Source: Nitrosopumilus sp.
Lineage (GTDB): Archaea > Thermoproteota > Nitrososphaeria > Nitrososphaerales > Nitrosopumilaceae
Direction of reading: 5' to 3'
Length of the DNA: 64,000 nt
Assembly: GCA_965197525.1 (NCBI GenBank)
Contig: OZ240211.1
Coordinates: 1,568,001 to 1,632,000 of the forward strand
Under the pieces are notes generated by a model. It ran no database searches. It was given only the letters and a program-made list of their open reading frames with translations, and was not told the DNA's origin. Position numbers and translations under genes: made by a program. Of the stretch, positions 39,236 through 48,747 are shown in pieces (position 1 is the stretch's first letter; each line of letters begins with the position of its first letter).

Positions 39236-39293
39236 GGTTCTGTAAAGTTAACGGGTGTTGGAAGGTCAGAGTACTAGACGAGTTAACAGAACC
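39236..39293. mobile_element. 58-bp MITE-like element (copy 3)
   Basis: GGTTCTGTAAAGTTAACGGGTGTTGGAAGGTCAGAGTACTAGACGAGTTAACAGAACC. Confidence 0.75.
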
Positions 39294-39343
39294 CAGTATT
39301 GTAATTATTTAACTACATTGTTTTGATTAAAGAAAAAATGAGG

Positions 39344-40642
39344 CTAGTTGATCGTAAACACAATACTGGTAAAATCCTCATTGGCATAATTGCCAGCAAT
39401 ATGCATCGATGACCAGTTGATCTGATGCTTTACAAAAATCTGATATTCGCCAGCAGGCGTATCTTCAGGTATCATATATGTCAAAGAAAACGTACTATCA
39501 TCAATATCTGTAAGACAGTATGGATATCCATAACGTTCACTATTGGTTCGCATTGTCAAACCATCTCCACTATAGTCACTACCTGATGCCCAGCATATAA
39601 TTTGGCCGGGAGCCTGAGCGCCCAAGATATTCTTACCCGGAAAGTTAACATGAACGTTAGTGTTACTATAGTAAGGGCCAAATGATAAAGATATCTGTCT
39701 CCTCTCTACCTGACCAGCATCAGGATCAAAAAATATACCTGTTTGCAATGCTTCAAAATGTTCATACAATTTTCCAGTAATTGTAATAGTATCCCCCGGA
39801 CTAAATGCTGTACCGTTTACCCTGACAAAAGATTCAGGCAGAGGCGCATCAGGCATAGCTAGAAATATCGCTGCACCTAGGTAATTATCCTCAGGATAAT
39901 CAGCCCATGGATCTATCCACAGCTTAACCTGAAGTTGTGATAATGCAAGCCGATCTTTAAACGCTGTCATATTTGTATTTGCTGCATCTAGCTTGGCTTG
40001 CATCTGTGCCATTTCTGCATTTGCTGCATCTAGCTTGGCTTGCATCTGTGCCATTTCTGCATTTGCTGCATCTAGCTTGGCTTGCATCTGTGCCATTTCT
40101 GCATTTGCTGCATCTAGCTTGGCTTGCATCTGTGCCATTTCTGCAGCATGATCTTCAGGTGTTGGTTCCGGTTCTGGTTCAGGTGTTGGTTCAGGTGTTG
40201 GTTCCGGTATAGTTAAACCTGTACTAATGAATACACTATCAGTCCAAGGTCCAGGGGGCGCTTCATTGTATCTTGGCCTAATCTTAATCTTATACAGTGT
40301 GTCTTCTTCCAAACCCTCTATGGTGTATGATGATTCTGTAGGATAGGCATTGTTACCATTAGCTAACCTGTAACTATGGTAGTTTTCTTCTGTTGCTTCT
40401 ATCCATGTTACCCTGTAATCTTTTGGCTCATTAACTGGCGCTTCCCATTGAATACTAATTGTGTTTGTTGTACTAGAAAAATTTGCACTCTTAATAATGA
40501 CGTGTTCGTTTATTCGATTTACATCCACGTCTTGATAGGTTACTGTTTCAGCGTATACATATCCAGTTATTGAAATACTGATAATTGCAACAAGCATAGA
40601 TGCAAGTAGTATTTTTGCAGGTTTGCCCATCATCGTCTTCAC
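39344..40642 (-). CDS. Secreted fibronectin type III protein with PE linker and tandem coiled-coil repeat
   Basis: Signal peptide; ISIQWEAP...YRVTW...YTIEGLEEDTLYKIKIRPRY; PEPTPE linker; AEMAQMQAKLDAAN x4. Confidence 0.85.
   Translation of the reverse strand: MKTMMGKPAKILLASMLVAIISISITGYVYAETVTYQDVDVNRINEHVIIKSANFSSTTNTISIQWEAPVNEPKDYRVTWIEATEENYHSYRLANGNNAYPTESSYTIEGLEEDTLYKIKIRPRYNEAPPGPWTDSVFISTGLTIPEPTPEPTPEPEPEPTPEDHAAEMAQMQAKLDAANAEMAQMQAKLDAANAEMAQMQAKLDAANAEMAQMQAKLDAANTNMTAFKDRLALSQLQVKLWIDPWADYPEDNYLGAAIFLAMPDAPLPESFVRVNGTAFSPGDTITITGKLYEHFEALQTGIFFDPDAGQVERRQISLSFGPYYSNTNVHVNFPGKNILGAQAPGQIICWASGSDYSGDGLTMRTNSERYGYPYCLTDIDDSTFSLTYMIPEDTPAGEYQIFVKHQINWSSMHIAGNYANEDFTSIVFTIN
39977..40144. 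repeat. Four exact 42-bp tandem repeats
   Basis: atttgctgcatctagcttggcttgcatctgtgccatttctgc x4. Confidence 0.93.
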
Positions 40643-40644
40643 GG

Positions 40645-42360
40645 TTAATTCACTGGCAGCAATACATCAAATGATGCCACAATACGATCATCTATAGTAG
40701 CACCACGTACACCGTCACCGTACGTATATCTTTCATATACCTGCGAGACTACCTCATGTGTGCCAACAGTCCAGTCTTCAGTAATGGTAAACTCTGCACT
40801 AAAAGTATAATCATCAGGGTTGAATACACAGGACTCTACGCCATGGTAACCATCATGTCCCCGATTGGTAAAATGAGTGTGTGTGATATCATCATGATCG
40901 TGACTAATCCTGTCGTCTACGCTATAATCATAGCCACATAATATCATGCTTTCAGTAGTAAAGACAGTTACGCCCCAAGCATGTAGTACAGGTTCTATGT
41001 CTATTCCATCAGCATCTTGTCTTGTTGTATTCAATTGTGGAAACATCTGGCCTGTAACCAGTATTGTATCTCCTGCACGTGCAGACGTGGTATTAAGCGT
41101 AATATGTGATTGCGGTTGTGGGGGTTCTATGTCTTCTGGTGTTGTTTCTTCTTCTTCTACCTGATCAGATGCAGTAGCTATGATGCTTCCTGTCATCCAA
41201 GGGTGCAGTATGCAAGTATATTGTTGAGTACCTATAGTAATAGGTGTCCATAGGTATGTCTCTCCTGGAAACATTAGACGACTATCAAACACTGAACCCA
41301 TGACATTAGTAAGGTCTGAAGCCTCTCCTGACATCCATCTATGAATAGTGTTGTCTGTATTTTTGAATGTAACAGTATTGTTAAGAGGAATAGTAAGCTC
41401 GTTTGGAGTGCTGCATCCGTCTACTGTATCTTCACATCCTGGTACACTAGAGCCTGCAACAGGTTCTATGATGTATTGTGGTAGTGGAAGAGGCTTACTT
41501 GTAAAAACATCGGCCCATTGTCCAGGGAGAGTTCTAATTATAAGATCATCAGTCCACGGTCCAGGGGGGCCACCGTTGTATCTAGGGCGTATTTTTATCT
41601 TATATTCTGTATCTTCTTCTAAATCTGTGATGGTATATTGTGAACGTATAGGAAAAGCATTATGGTCTAAGTTTCTAAAAGTTTTGAATTTTTCTTCAGT
41701 TGTTTCTACAAACGCTATTCTGTAATCTTTTGGATCTCCTTCAGTTGGTGGTTGCCAGTCCACACTAATACTATGATCAGTGGCAACCATAGTTACACCA
41801 TGTATAGTATCACCTGAAAGTGGTGCTGGTATTGGTGTTGATACTCCTGACGATACAGATGTTTTGTTTCCTATGACTGGATCTTGTGTTGTTTCTGGAT
41901 CTGGTACTTCGTATTGTATTATTTCTGGATCTGGCACTGGTTCTGGTTCACTTGGCAGTTGACCCGTAGTAATTATCATATCAAAAGTCCATATTGTTGA
42001 ACCGCTGTCATATAGTGCCTTAATTCTTACCTTGTATTCTGTATTTTCTTCAAGGCCTGTAATGGTGTAGAATGAATCTGTAGTGACTGCCTTCTGATTC
42101 AAGATATCAGATGATGTATAATCCTCATTAGATGGGGCCCATGCTACTTTATAACTTGTTGGTTCTTCCTCAGGTGCTTCCCATTCAAGATCAATTGTAT
42201 CTATAGTACTGGTAAGAGTTGCAGTGTATACAAGTCGTTCCAAACCCGTATTTACTGGGTTGTAAAACACCGTTTCGTCTGCATGGGCATAGACAGCTAT
42301 TGAGATACTCATAACTGCCACAAGCATAGATGCAAACAGCATAGTTGTTTTACTTGTCAA
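40645..42360 (-). CDS. Secreted protein with 2x FnIII and a type-1 (blue) copper cupredoxin domain
   Basis: Two FnIII domains; NTDNTIH...YTCILHPWMTG supplies the His/Cys/His/Met ligands. Confidence 0.85.
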   Translation of the reverse strand: MTSKTTMLFASMLVAVMSISIAVYAHADETVFYNPVNTGLERLVYTATLTSTIDTIDLEWEAPEEEPTSYKVAWAPSNEDYTSSDILNQKAVTTDSFYTITGLEENTEYKVRIKALYDSGSTIWTFDMIITTGQLPSEPEPVPDPEIIQYEVPDPETTQDPVIGNKTSVSSGVSTPIPAPLSGDTIHGVTMVATDHSISVDWQPPTEGDPKDYRIAFVETTEEKFKTFRNLDHNAFPIRSQYTITDLEEDTEYKIKIRPRYNGGPPGPWTDDLIIRTLPGQWADVFTSKPLPLPQYIIEPVAGSSVPGCEDTVDGCSTPNELTIPLNNTVTFKNTDNTIHRWMSGEASDLTNVMGSVFDSRLMFPGETYLWTPITIGTQQYTCILHPWMTGSIIATASDQVEEEETTPEDIEPPQPQSHITLNTTSARAGDTILVTGQMFPQLNTTRQDADGIDIEPVLHAWGVTVFTTESMILCGYDYSVDDRISHDHDDITHTHFTNRGHDGYHGVESCVFNPDDYTFSAEFTITEDWTVGTHEVVSQVYERYTYGDGVRGATIDDRIVASFDVLLPVN

Positions 42361-42403
42361 TGTATTTTTGTAATTAGGCCAGTATATGAATATAGTTATT
42401 GTC

Positions 42404-42432
42404 GGTTCTGTGAAGTTAACGGGTGCTGAAAG
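42404..42432 (+). repeat. Left half of the 58-bp MITE family
   Basis: GGTTCTGTGAAGTTAACGGGTGCTGAAAG. Confidence 0.65.
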
Positions 42433-42475
42433 AGATCACTGTTAACTTACCGTCACTTGAGATCTGGTTCGAAAG

Positions 42476-43820
42476 TGCTCTGTCGGATAACCCTGCCTAA
42501 AATTTCCTGAAACTGCAGTTGTGTAAACAAAATTTGAATGACAGCACAACAAACTATGTCTAATGGTATAAAATAGTAGGCGTACCCACACATCTCTAAC
42601 TTGCAAGAGAAAGATGGGCAGGCGTGCCAAATAACAAAACAACAATCAGGTTTATTATCTTTCGCACTGTTAGTAGAATCTCATATCGTAGGTGGTATGC
42701 TTTCATGACGCTTGATTCTGAAAAATATATCAATGTGGGCAGGCTAATGGTACTTGGACCCGACCCTAGATGGAAGGAAGATGTAAAGAAGGCCAACTAT
42801 CGCAAAAATGGGTATAAACCCGTTTATGTACAATGACGCGTTGTTTGCAGCGCTTGGTGTAATCAAAACCATTGCAGGACTGTCATACAAGAATCTAGAG
42901 GGATTATGTAAAGAAGCTCTCGGAGATGCAAACGCACCTGATCTCCATTATCCATGCAAGGATTACTAGTCTTGACATATCATTTGATGATTCCAATCGT
43001 GCCAATATCAAAACTCATGATGGTAAGACGATACGATTTGCCATAGATTCCACTGGAATGACTCCCTACAAACGTGGTGAGTCCATACACGAAAAATGGC
43101 ACGTCAAGCGAGGGTTCGTCAAACTGCACGTAATAGTGGATGAGTCTGACGGTACGGTGCTGTCAGCAAAACTGACAGATGATGACAGGGGTAGTGGGGA
43201 CACTTTACAGCTAGAAGAGCTGCTCGATGATGCACTAGAAAAGATTAAACCACAACAGACAGGTATCACGGAATGTGTAATTCAAAACTCAGACAAAGAA
43301 CAGCAACATCAAGATGTGGAATTGTTAGGAGATGATGGAGCATACGGTTCCCGGAAGAACGTGGCTGCGTGCAAAAAACGCAACGTATCTCCAATACTCA
43401 GACTTGCTGTGACATCAACTACGAGAGGAGATGGATACGGTGATGACTGGAGCAATCTTGTAAGAGAGCAATTTGGCTGCAAGACAAAAGGCGGCAGGAC
43501 GTACACCAACAGTCTAACCAAAAACGAAAAGTATGACAACCAGAAAAAATGGATGAAGGATACAAAGTATGGTAAGCGCTGGCGTGTAGAGTGTGTGTTC
43601 TCCTCCATCAAGCGCATCCAAGGTGAGGCGTTGTGGTCCCGCAAGGTACCGTACATGAAGCAGGAGATAAGACTTAGGATGTGGGTGCATAACGTGATCA
43701 CTAAGATGGGGGTGTACATATTTGACTGTCTATGATGGTCAATACGGAACATGGAAATCAAAACCGTCGCCTCCGTCACCCTTGTTGGGATCATGGGAGG
43801 GAAAGTTATCCGACAGAGCA
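42476..43820 (+). mobile_element. IS5-family element with frameshifted transposase
   Basis: Perfect 16-bp TIR TGCTCTGTCGGATAAC (42476-42491) / GTTATCCGACAGAGCA (43805-43820); AIDSTG, FVKLH, DDGAY and YGKRWRVECVFSSIK motifs; N-terminus broken across 42624-42836 and 42926-43735. Confidence 0.87.
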
Positions 43821-43959
43821 TTATCTTCAAGAACTTTAAATATATTTTACATTTGTCAATAAAATCATTAAAATTATTGCCAAATTTTTAAACATATGAG
43901 TTATTCTTATATATATTCAAATGCATATTTAATACATGAAGATCGAGGTTGAGTCTTAA

Positions 43960-44307
43960 TTGGCAACAGCTTATGTGCTAATAAACTGTGAACTAGGTTC
44001 TGAAGAGTTGGTAATCTCAGAGCTCAAATCCATAGATGGCGTTGTAGAAGTGCATGGTACATTTGGCGCGTATGATATTTTAGCTAAAGTTGAATCGGGC
44101 CAAGTTGAAGCACTACGTGAGACTATCACTTGGAAGATTAGAAAAATTCCAAAGATCAGATCCACGTTAACTCTGATGGGTATTGAACAGTACTTCAGGG
44201 AATTATATATCTGGGTTACGTTTCTGCACCAAGGTTTTTTTCTGACAGTCCAACAAATCATTCACAGCTTGGTTCTTGCCGTCTTTTTTAGAAACAACAT
44301 GGTGTAA
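43960..44307 (+). CDS. Lrp/AsnC ligand-binding-domain protein with C-terminus extended into IS sequence
   Basis: AYVLINCELG...GAYDILAKVE...IRSTLTLMGIE, followed by about 39 non-family residues. Confidence 0.85.
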   Translation: MATAYVLINCELGSEELVISELKSIDGVVEVHGTFGAYDILAKVESGQVEALRETITWKIRKIPKIRSTLTLMGIEQYFRELYIWVTFLHQGFFLTVQQIIHSLVLAVFFRNNMV

Positions 44308-45499
44308 GCCATGTTTTGATTCTTCTGTCTTGTGACGATAATCCCTACCGCCACTAATAACACTGACACTATTAGATGTGCCATTTTTATTAGCTAAAAT
44401 AATATTTTCCATGCTGTCACACCTGTAGTTTCCATATCTGTCTACAAGCGGGAGCCTTCGTATGCACGGAAGTCCGTAATGTCTGATGTTTGCGCCGGCG
44501 TTACCGTCTGCATCGCACAAAAATCCACAGTATACGCATTGAAACACATCCATGGGTTCTAGAGTTGCTGTTGATCATATTGCACTTACTACACGTTATG
44601 CTGGTGTAATGTGGAACAATCTCTAGTTCCATGGTTTTCGGCAGTCATTTTTATTCTATCCCTCATTCTTCCCATACCTGCCCCGAATCTCCCTGTTAAG
44701 GCCGCTTTTCCACTTTTCATTTTTTGCAGTCATATTGCCAATGTTTAGTTTCTCCATGACTATCACTCCTGCTCTCATCACAATCTGTTTGGCAAGGAAA
44801 TTATTGTGCTCGGTTCTTCTGTTGTTGAGTGTTTTCTTCATCCTCTTCAGTTTGCGATCCTCTTTTTTCCATCTGTTACTATGCAGTTTGTGACCGTCTC
44901 TTTTTGACTGTTCTTCTGAGACTACATCCTCTTTTTTTCTCATACAGGAATAAGGCGTCCTGTAAAAATCGGTGTTTATTCCGTCATGAACGACTAGGGA
45001 TTTCCTGACTCCAATGTCTATTCCGCATACGACTGTACGATCCGTAAGGTCTCTGTATTTTTAATGTCAGATGGATCTCAAACGTGCGGTTCGAATCGCT
45101 CGTATTGGCAGTGATTTTTTTGGTGTTCTCTACAAGCCTGTATGATACAATGTTGGTCTGGTAGAATTTACTAGTGCTGTTTTTGTCTTTTTCACATACC
45201 AGTTGCTTTGAAAGACTATTCAAAGACGACAACAGCTCCACCTGGCCTATGCCGGGCAGGTTCATGTACAGTTTTTTCCACTTTCCCATCCTTAGCGAGG
45301 GATGCTTACCGTTTACTGTTATGGATGCATGCTTTGCATTTTTGGCATTTCTGAACAAACTGTTTCTGTCAATCCATTTGTTTGGTTTGAGATTTTTAAA
45401 TGACGTGTGCCAGTTGTGGTTCTTGCCGCCAGTCTTTTTTGCCCAGTTTCGTACCCTACGTTTTTTTGCGCAGGATTTCAAATGTTTGTCTGCCTTCAA
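44184..45499 (-). pseudogene. tnpB: Decayed IS200/IS605 TnpB
   Basis: RuvC-I GIDIG, RuvC-II MEKLNI, Zn-finger CVYC and RuvC-III DADGNAGANI split over at least three frames; probable right end ...TTCAA near 44184. Confidence 0.8.
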
Positions 45500-45682
45500 A
45501 CCTATTACCTTTTATACTTAAATTGTAATAGTAATTATCAATGACCTTCACAATCACTGTTCTATAAATAAAATCTTCTATTTCTTTTTCCATCCAGATA
45601 TATGATTGACGTATAATGTAATTATGTCCCCCTTAAATTGTAATAGTAATTACCCCTTCACAAATAAAAAAATGATGTAACC

Positions 45683-45715
45683 TTACTGGGAGGATCTCTC
45701 AGATCCTCTCAGTAA
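45683..45715. other. 15-bp-stem hairpin downstream of the P-II gene
   Basis: TTACTGGGAGGATCT-CTC-AGATCCTCTCAGTAA (one G.T pair). Confidence 0.6.
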
Positions 45716-45758
45716 TTACCAAGATTTGTTTTTAGTAAAATAAAATAAAATAAAATGG

Positions 45759-46100
45759 TTAGAGAGCTTCTGAACCACTATTTTTGGATGCTATATTATA
45801 AACACTATCTATATTAGATACTGTTATAATTCCATCTCCGCCTTTTCCTGTATAGGCCGCATCTGCAATAGCTGCAGAGACTTTCTCTACATCTCCGTCA
45901 TCAACTATTGTGACAACCACTGCAACTTTGTTATACTCTGCAGTAACTGTACCTGTACCTCTACCTGATCTGATCTCTTGTCTTGCTCCTGAACCTCTAC
46001 CATTTCCTTCCAAAATAGTAAATCCTCCAACAGCATCATTTATTGCGTCTGATACTGTTCCTATTTTGCTGCTTGGGATAGTTGCCTCGATTCGTTTCAT
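45759..46100 (-). CDS. glnB: P-II family nitrogen regulatory protein
   Basis: MKRIEA, GNGRGSG T-loop, TGKGGDGII. Confidence 0.9.
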   Translation of the reverse strand: MKRIEATIPSSKIGTVSDAINDAVGGFTILEGNGRGSGARQEIRSGRGTGTVTAEYNKVAVVVTIVDDGDVEKVSAAIADAAYTGKGGDGIITVSNIDSVYNIASKNSGSEAL

Positions 46101-46217
46101 TGTTATTTAATTTTTATTGATGTTTAAAAGCGATCCTATGTTTTTACTTTTATTTTATGATACTTGGGTTATTGTGTTATACTCAGATCTTTTTAGTAAT
46201 ACTAATCAACAAACATT

Positions 46218-46394
46218 GTGAAAAGTGACGAAAAGAGATCTCATCGACTTAACTATCTACTAAAGTGTTATCTGACTAATCCTGCAGAGAACGAATTGTA
46301 TATGCGTGCCAAACAGATGGGCGTAGCTGATTCAACTGCAAAAGATTATACAAGAACAGTAATGATACAAGCCCAAAAGATACGTTCAAGATAG
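46218..46394 (+). CDS. Small hypothetical protein (58 aa), below the ORF-track cutoff
   Basis: GTG start; MKSDEKRSHRLNYLLKCYLTNPAENELYMRAKQMGVADSTAKDYTRTVMIQAQKIRSR. Confidence 0.6.
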   Translation: MKSDEKRSHRLNYLLKCYLTNPAENELYMRAKQMGVADSTAKDYTRTVMIQAQKIRSR

Positions 46395-46487
46395 CATCAT
46401 TATCTTTTGTCTGGGTAGCATTGGTTTGGACAATTCTTTTTTAATTCATCAAGATATTCATAAATAATCAGTTGGTAATAGGAAATT

Positions 46488-47267
46488 ATGGTAGATCAAT
46501 CTCTATTAGATGATGTAAAGAGTTTGTTAGATCGCGATTTTGGTGATGATAGAATTCTCAAACAAATTTTTAGAGCATGTCAACGTGATGAAGTTATTAG
46601 TAATTATGAAAGAAACTATGTTAAACGCTTAGCAGAAATGTATCTAGAAAAAAGACCTGATTTTTCTTCTCCTGATAATAATGATCTGTCTCAACCATTA
46701 ACAACATCTCCATCACCTCCTACTACTATACCTGATGTTGTACTACCTTTGACTAGTAAGACATTACAAATACAGCCGTTGCAAAAATCACAATCCAAGT
46801 CGTTTCTTAGTTCAAAAAAGGGTAAAGTGTTGATAGGGATTGGTATATTTGTTGTTTTGATAATGGTTATAGCAGTTGTAGCATTTGTATCTTTTGTCAA
46901 CTTAGTTAGTGATGGTACTGGTGGTGCTATTGACGCTGTAACTCCTCCTGCCGTGACTCCTATCATACCTCCATCTACTGTTTTTGAAGGATCGTTTATT
47001 CAAACTGATGTGTCATCTTATGTACATAAAGATCTCATCTCAATTAATGGCGCAATTAGTAGTGATACAGACCAAACTGTGCATCTGACTATCAAAGATC
47101 CAAATGACATAGTTGTGTGGGAAGAGCGACTTTCTTTGAAATCTAATGGAGAGTTCTCTACTTTAACAATTGCAGGTGGGTTAGGCTGGGATGATTCTGG
47201 TTTATATACACTTACAGCCGTAACTAATGTGGATATAATAGAAGCTAACTTTTTACTTACTAGATAG
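46488..47267 (+). CDS. Conserved single-TM hypothetical protein
   Basis: LLDDVKSLLDRDFGDDRILKQI N-terminus, central TM, Ig-like C-terminus. Confidence 0.8.
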   Translation: MVDQSLLDDVKSLLDRDFGDDRILKQIFRACQRDEVISNYERNYVKRLAEMYLEKRPDFSSPDNNDLSQPLTTSPSPPTTIPDVVLPLTSKTLQIQPLQKSQSKSFLSSKKGKVLIGIGIFVVLIMVIAVVAFVSFVNLVSDGTGGAIDAVTPPAVTPIIPPSTVFEGSFIQTDVSSYVHKDLISINGAISSDTDQTVHLTIKDPNDIVVWEERLSLKSNGEFSTLTIAGGLGWDDSGLYTLTAVTNVDIIEANFLLTR

Positions 47268-47412
47268 TCGCTATTTTGTACGGCAACTCCTAGTTTTTAC
47301 TAGTCAGTCATGTTGTTTTAAAGTTAGCACCAATTGAAACATACACATCGATCTATCCTATTGTTAAATTAACCAAAACATGATTTTGGTTAATCTTCTT
47401 ACTTGATTGGAG

Positions 47413-47634
47413 TTATCTGCAACAAAATTCATCTTTTGTCCCTTTGTATAAAACAAAATATTCCTCTTGGGGATGTCTATCTTTTTTGGCCTTCAAAGCA
47501 TCTTGATACATTTCAAAATGTTCAATTAAATATAGTTGCCCTTCCGGTGATTCAAAATAATCTATTCCAACTAGATTAAAACCTGTTTTGGGTGTTAGCT
47601 TTATTTTTTCATCTTTAAATATGTCACTAGTCAA
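47413..47634 (-). CDS. Conserved hypothetical protein
   Basis: 73 aa; PKTGFNLVGIDYFE. Confidence 0.7.
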   Translation of the reverse strand: MTSDIFKDEKIKLTPKTGFNLVGIDYFESPEGQLYLIEHFEMYQDALKAKKDRHPQEEYFVLYKGTKDEFCCR

Positions 47635-47652
47635 TTTTTCAACTATCTCAAA

Positions 47653-48216
<564 letters not shown>

Positions 48217-48280
48217 AGCAACGAGTTTTGTATGATCCTTTATATATATCCGCAATATCTTTTTTAAAAATTCTATTATC

Positions 48281-48742
48281 TTAATGATGACCTACCCATT
48301 GATATCTATACTCTTCTTCAAATATCTCTGTCAACATATCTCTGTCCTTGATAATACTTGTTTCTGGTATGTTGTCTACATCAAATAGTCCTAGTTGACC
48401 TTTCAATGGGATTGGTTCTTGAAATATTCTTGCATTTTTTAACATAAATCCAAACGTCCTTTCCTGCAATTGCTGTGCTGAGAAATGGAATTTTTGATCT
48501 GCTTTTAACTCTTTTGCTGTTTTGTATTTTTTTATTTGGTATAATTCTGCTTTACCAACAATTGCCCCTGTAACAAATTTTTTCTTAATTTTTAATCGTT
48601 TAGAGTCAGCAACTCGTATTTTTAACGGTGCATGTACTAAAAATTCTCCACGAAATTTAGTATTCCAGCTTCGCAAATCAATGATTTTCTTTCCAGAGAT
48701 CACTAAATCAGCAAATGGTTGTGATATGCAAAGACATTTCAA
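48281..48742 (-). CDS. ASCH domain protein
   Basis: CISQPFADLVISGKKIIDLRSWNTKFRG...PIPLKGQLGLF. Confidence 0.85.
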   Translation of the reverse strand: MKCLCISQPFADLVISGKKIIDLRSWNTKFRGEFLVHAPLKIRVADSKRLKIKKKFVTGAIVGKAELYQIKKYKTAKELKADQKFHFSAQQLQERTFGFMLKNARIFQEPIPLKGQLGLFDVDNIPETSIIKDRDMLTEIFEEEYRYQWVGHH

Positions 48743-48747
48743 GATTA

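Larger units (their letters stand above)
31289..43820. mobile_element. 12.5-kb composite unit bounded by TTATCTTC direct repeats
   Basis: Left end AACTCTG|TTTCCCAATT (reconstructed by removing the IS110); right end is the IS5 TIR; TTATCTTC at 31281-31288 and 43821-43828. The two ends are not a matched TIR pair. Confidence 0.55.

Noticed and set aside
13561-42432. Integron attC sites
   Set aside because: The palindromic 58-mers lack RYYYAAC/GTTRRRY cores, resemble IS6 TIRs instead, and no IntI is present
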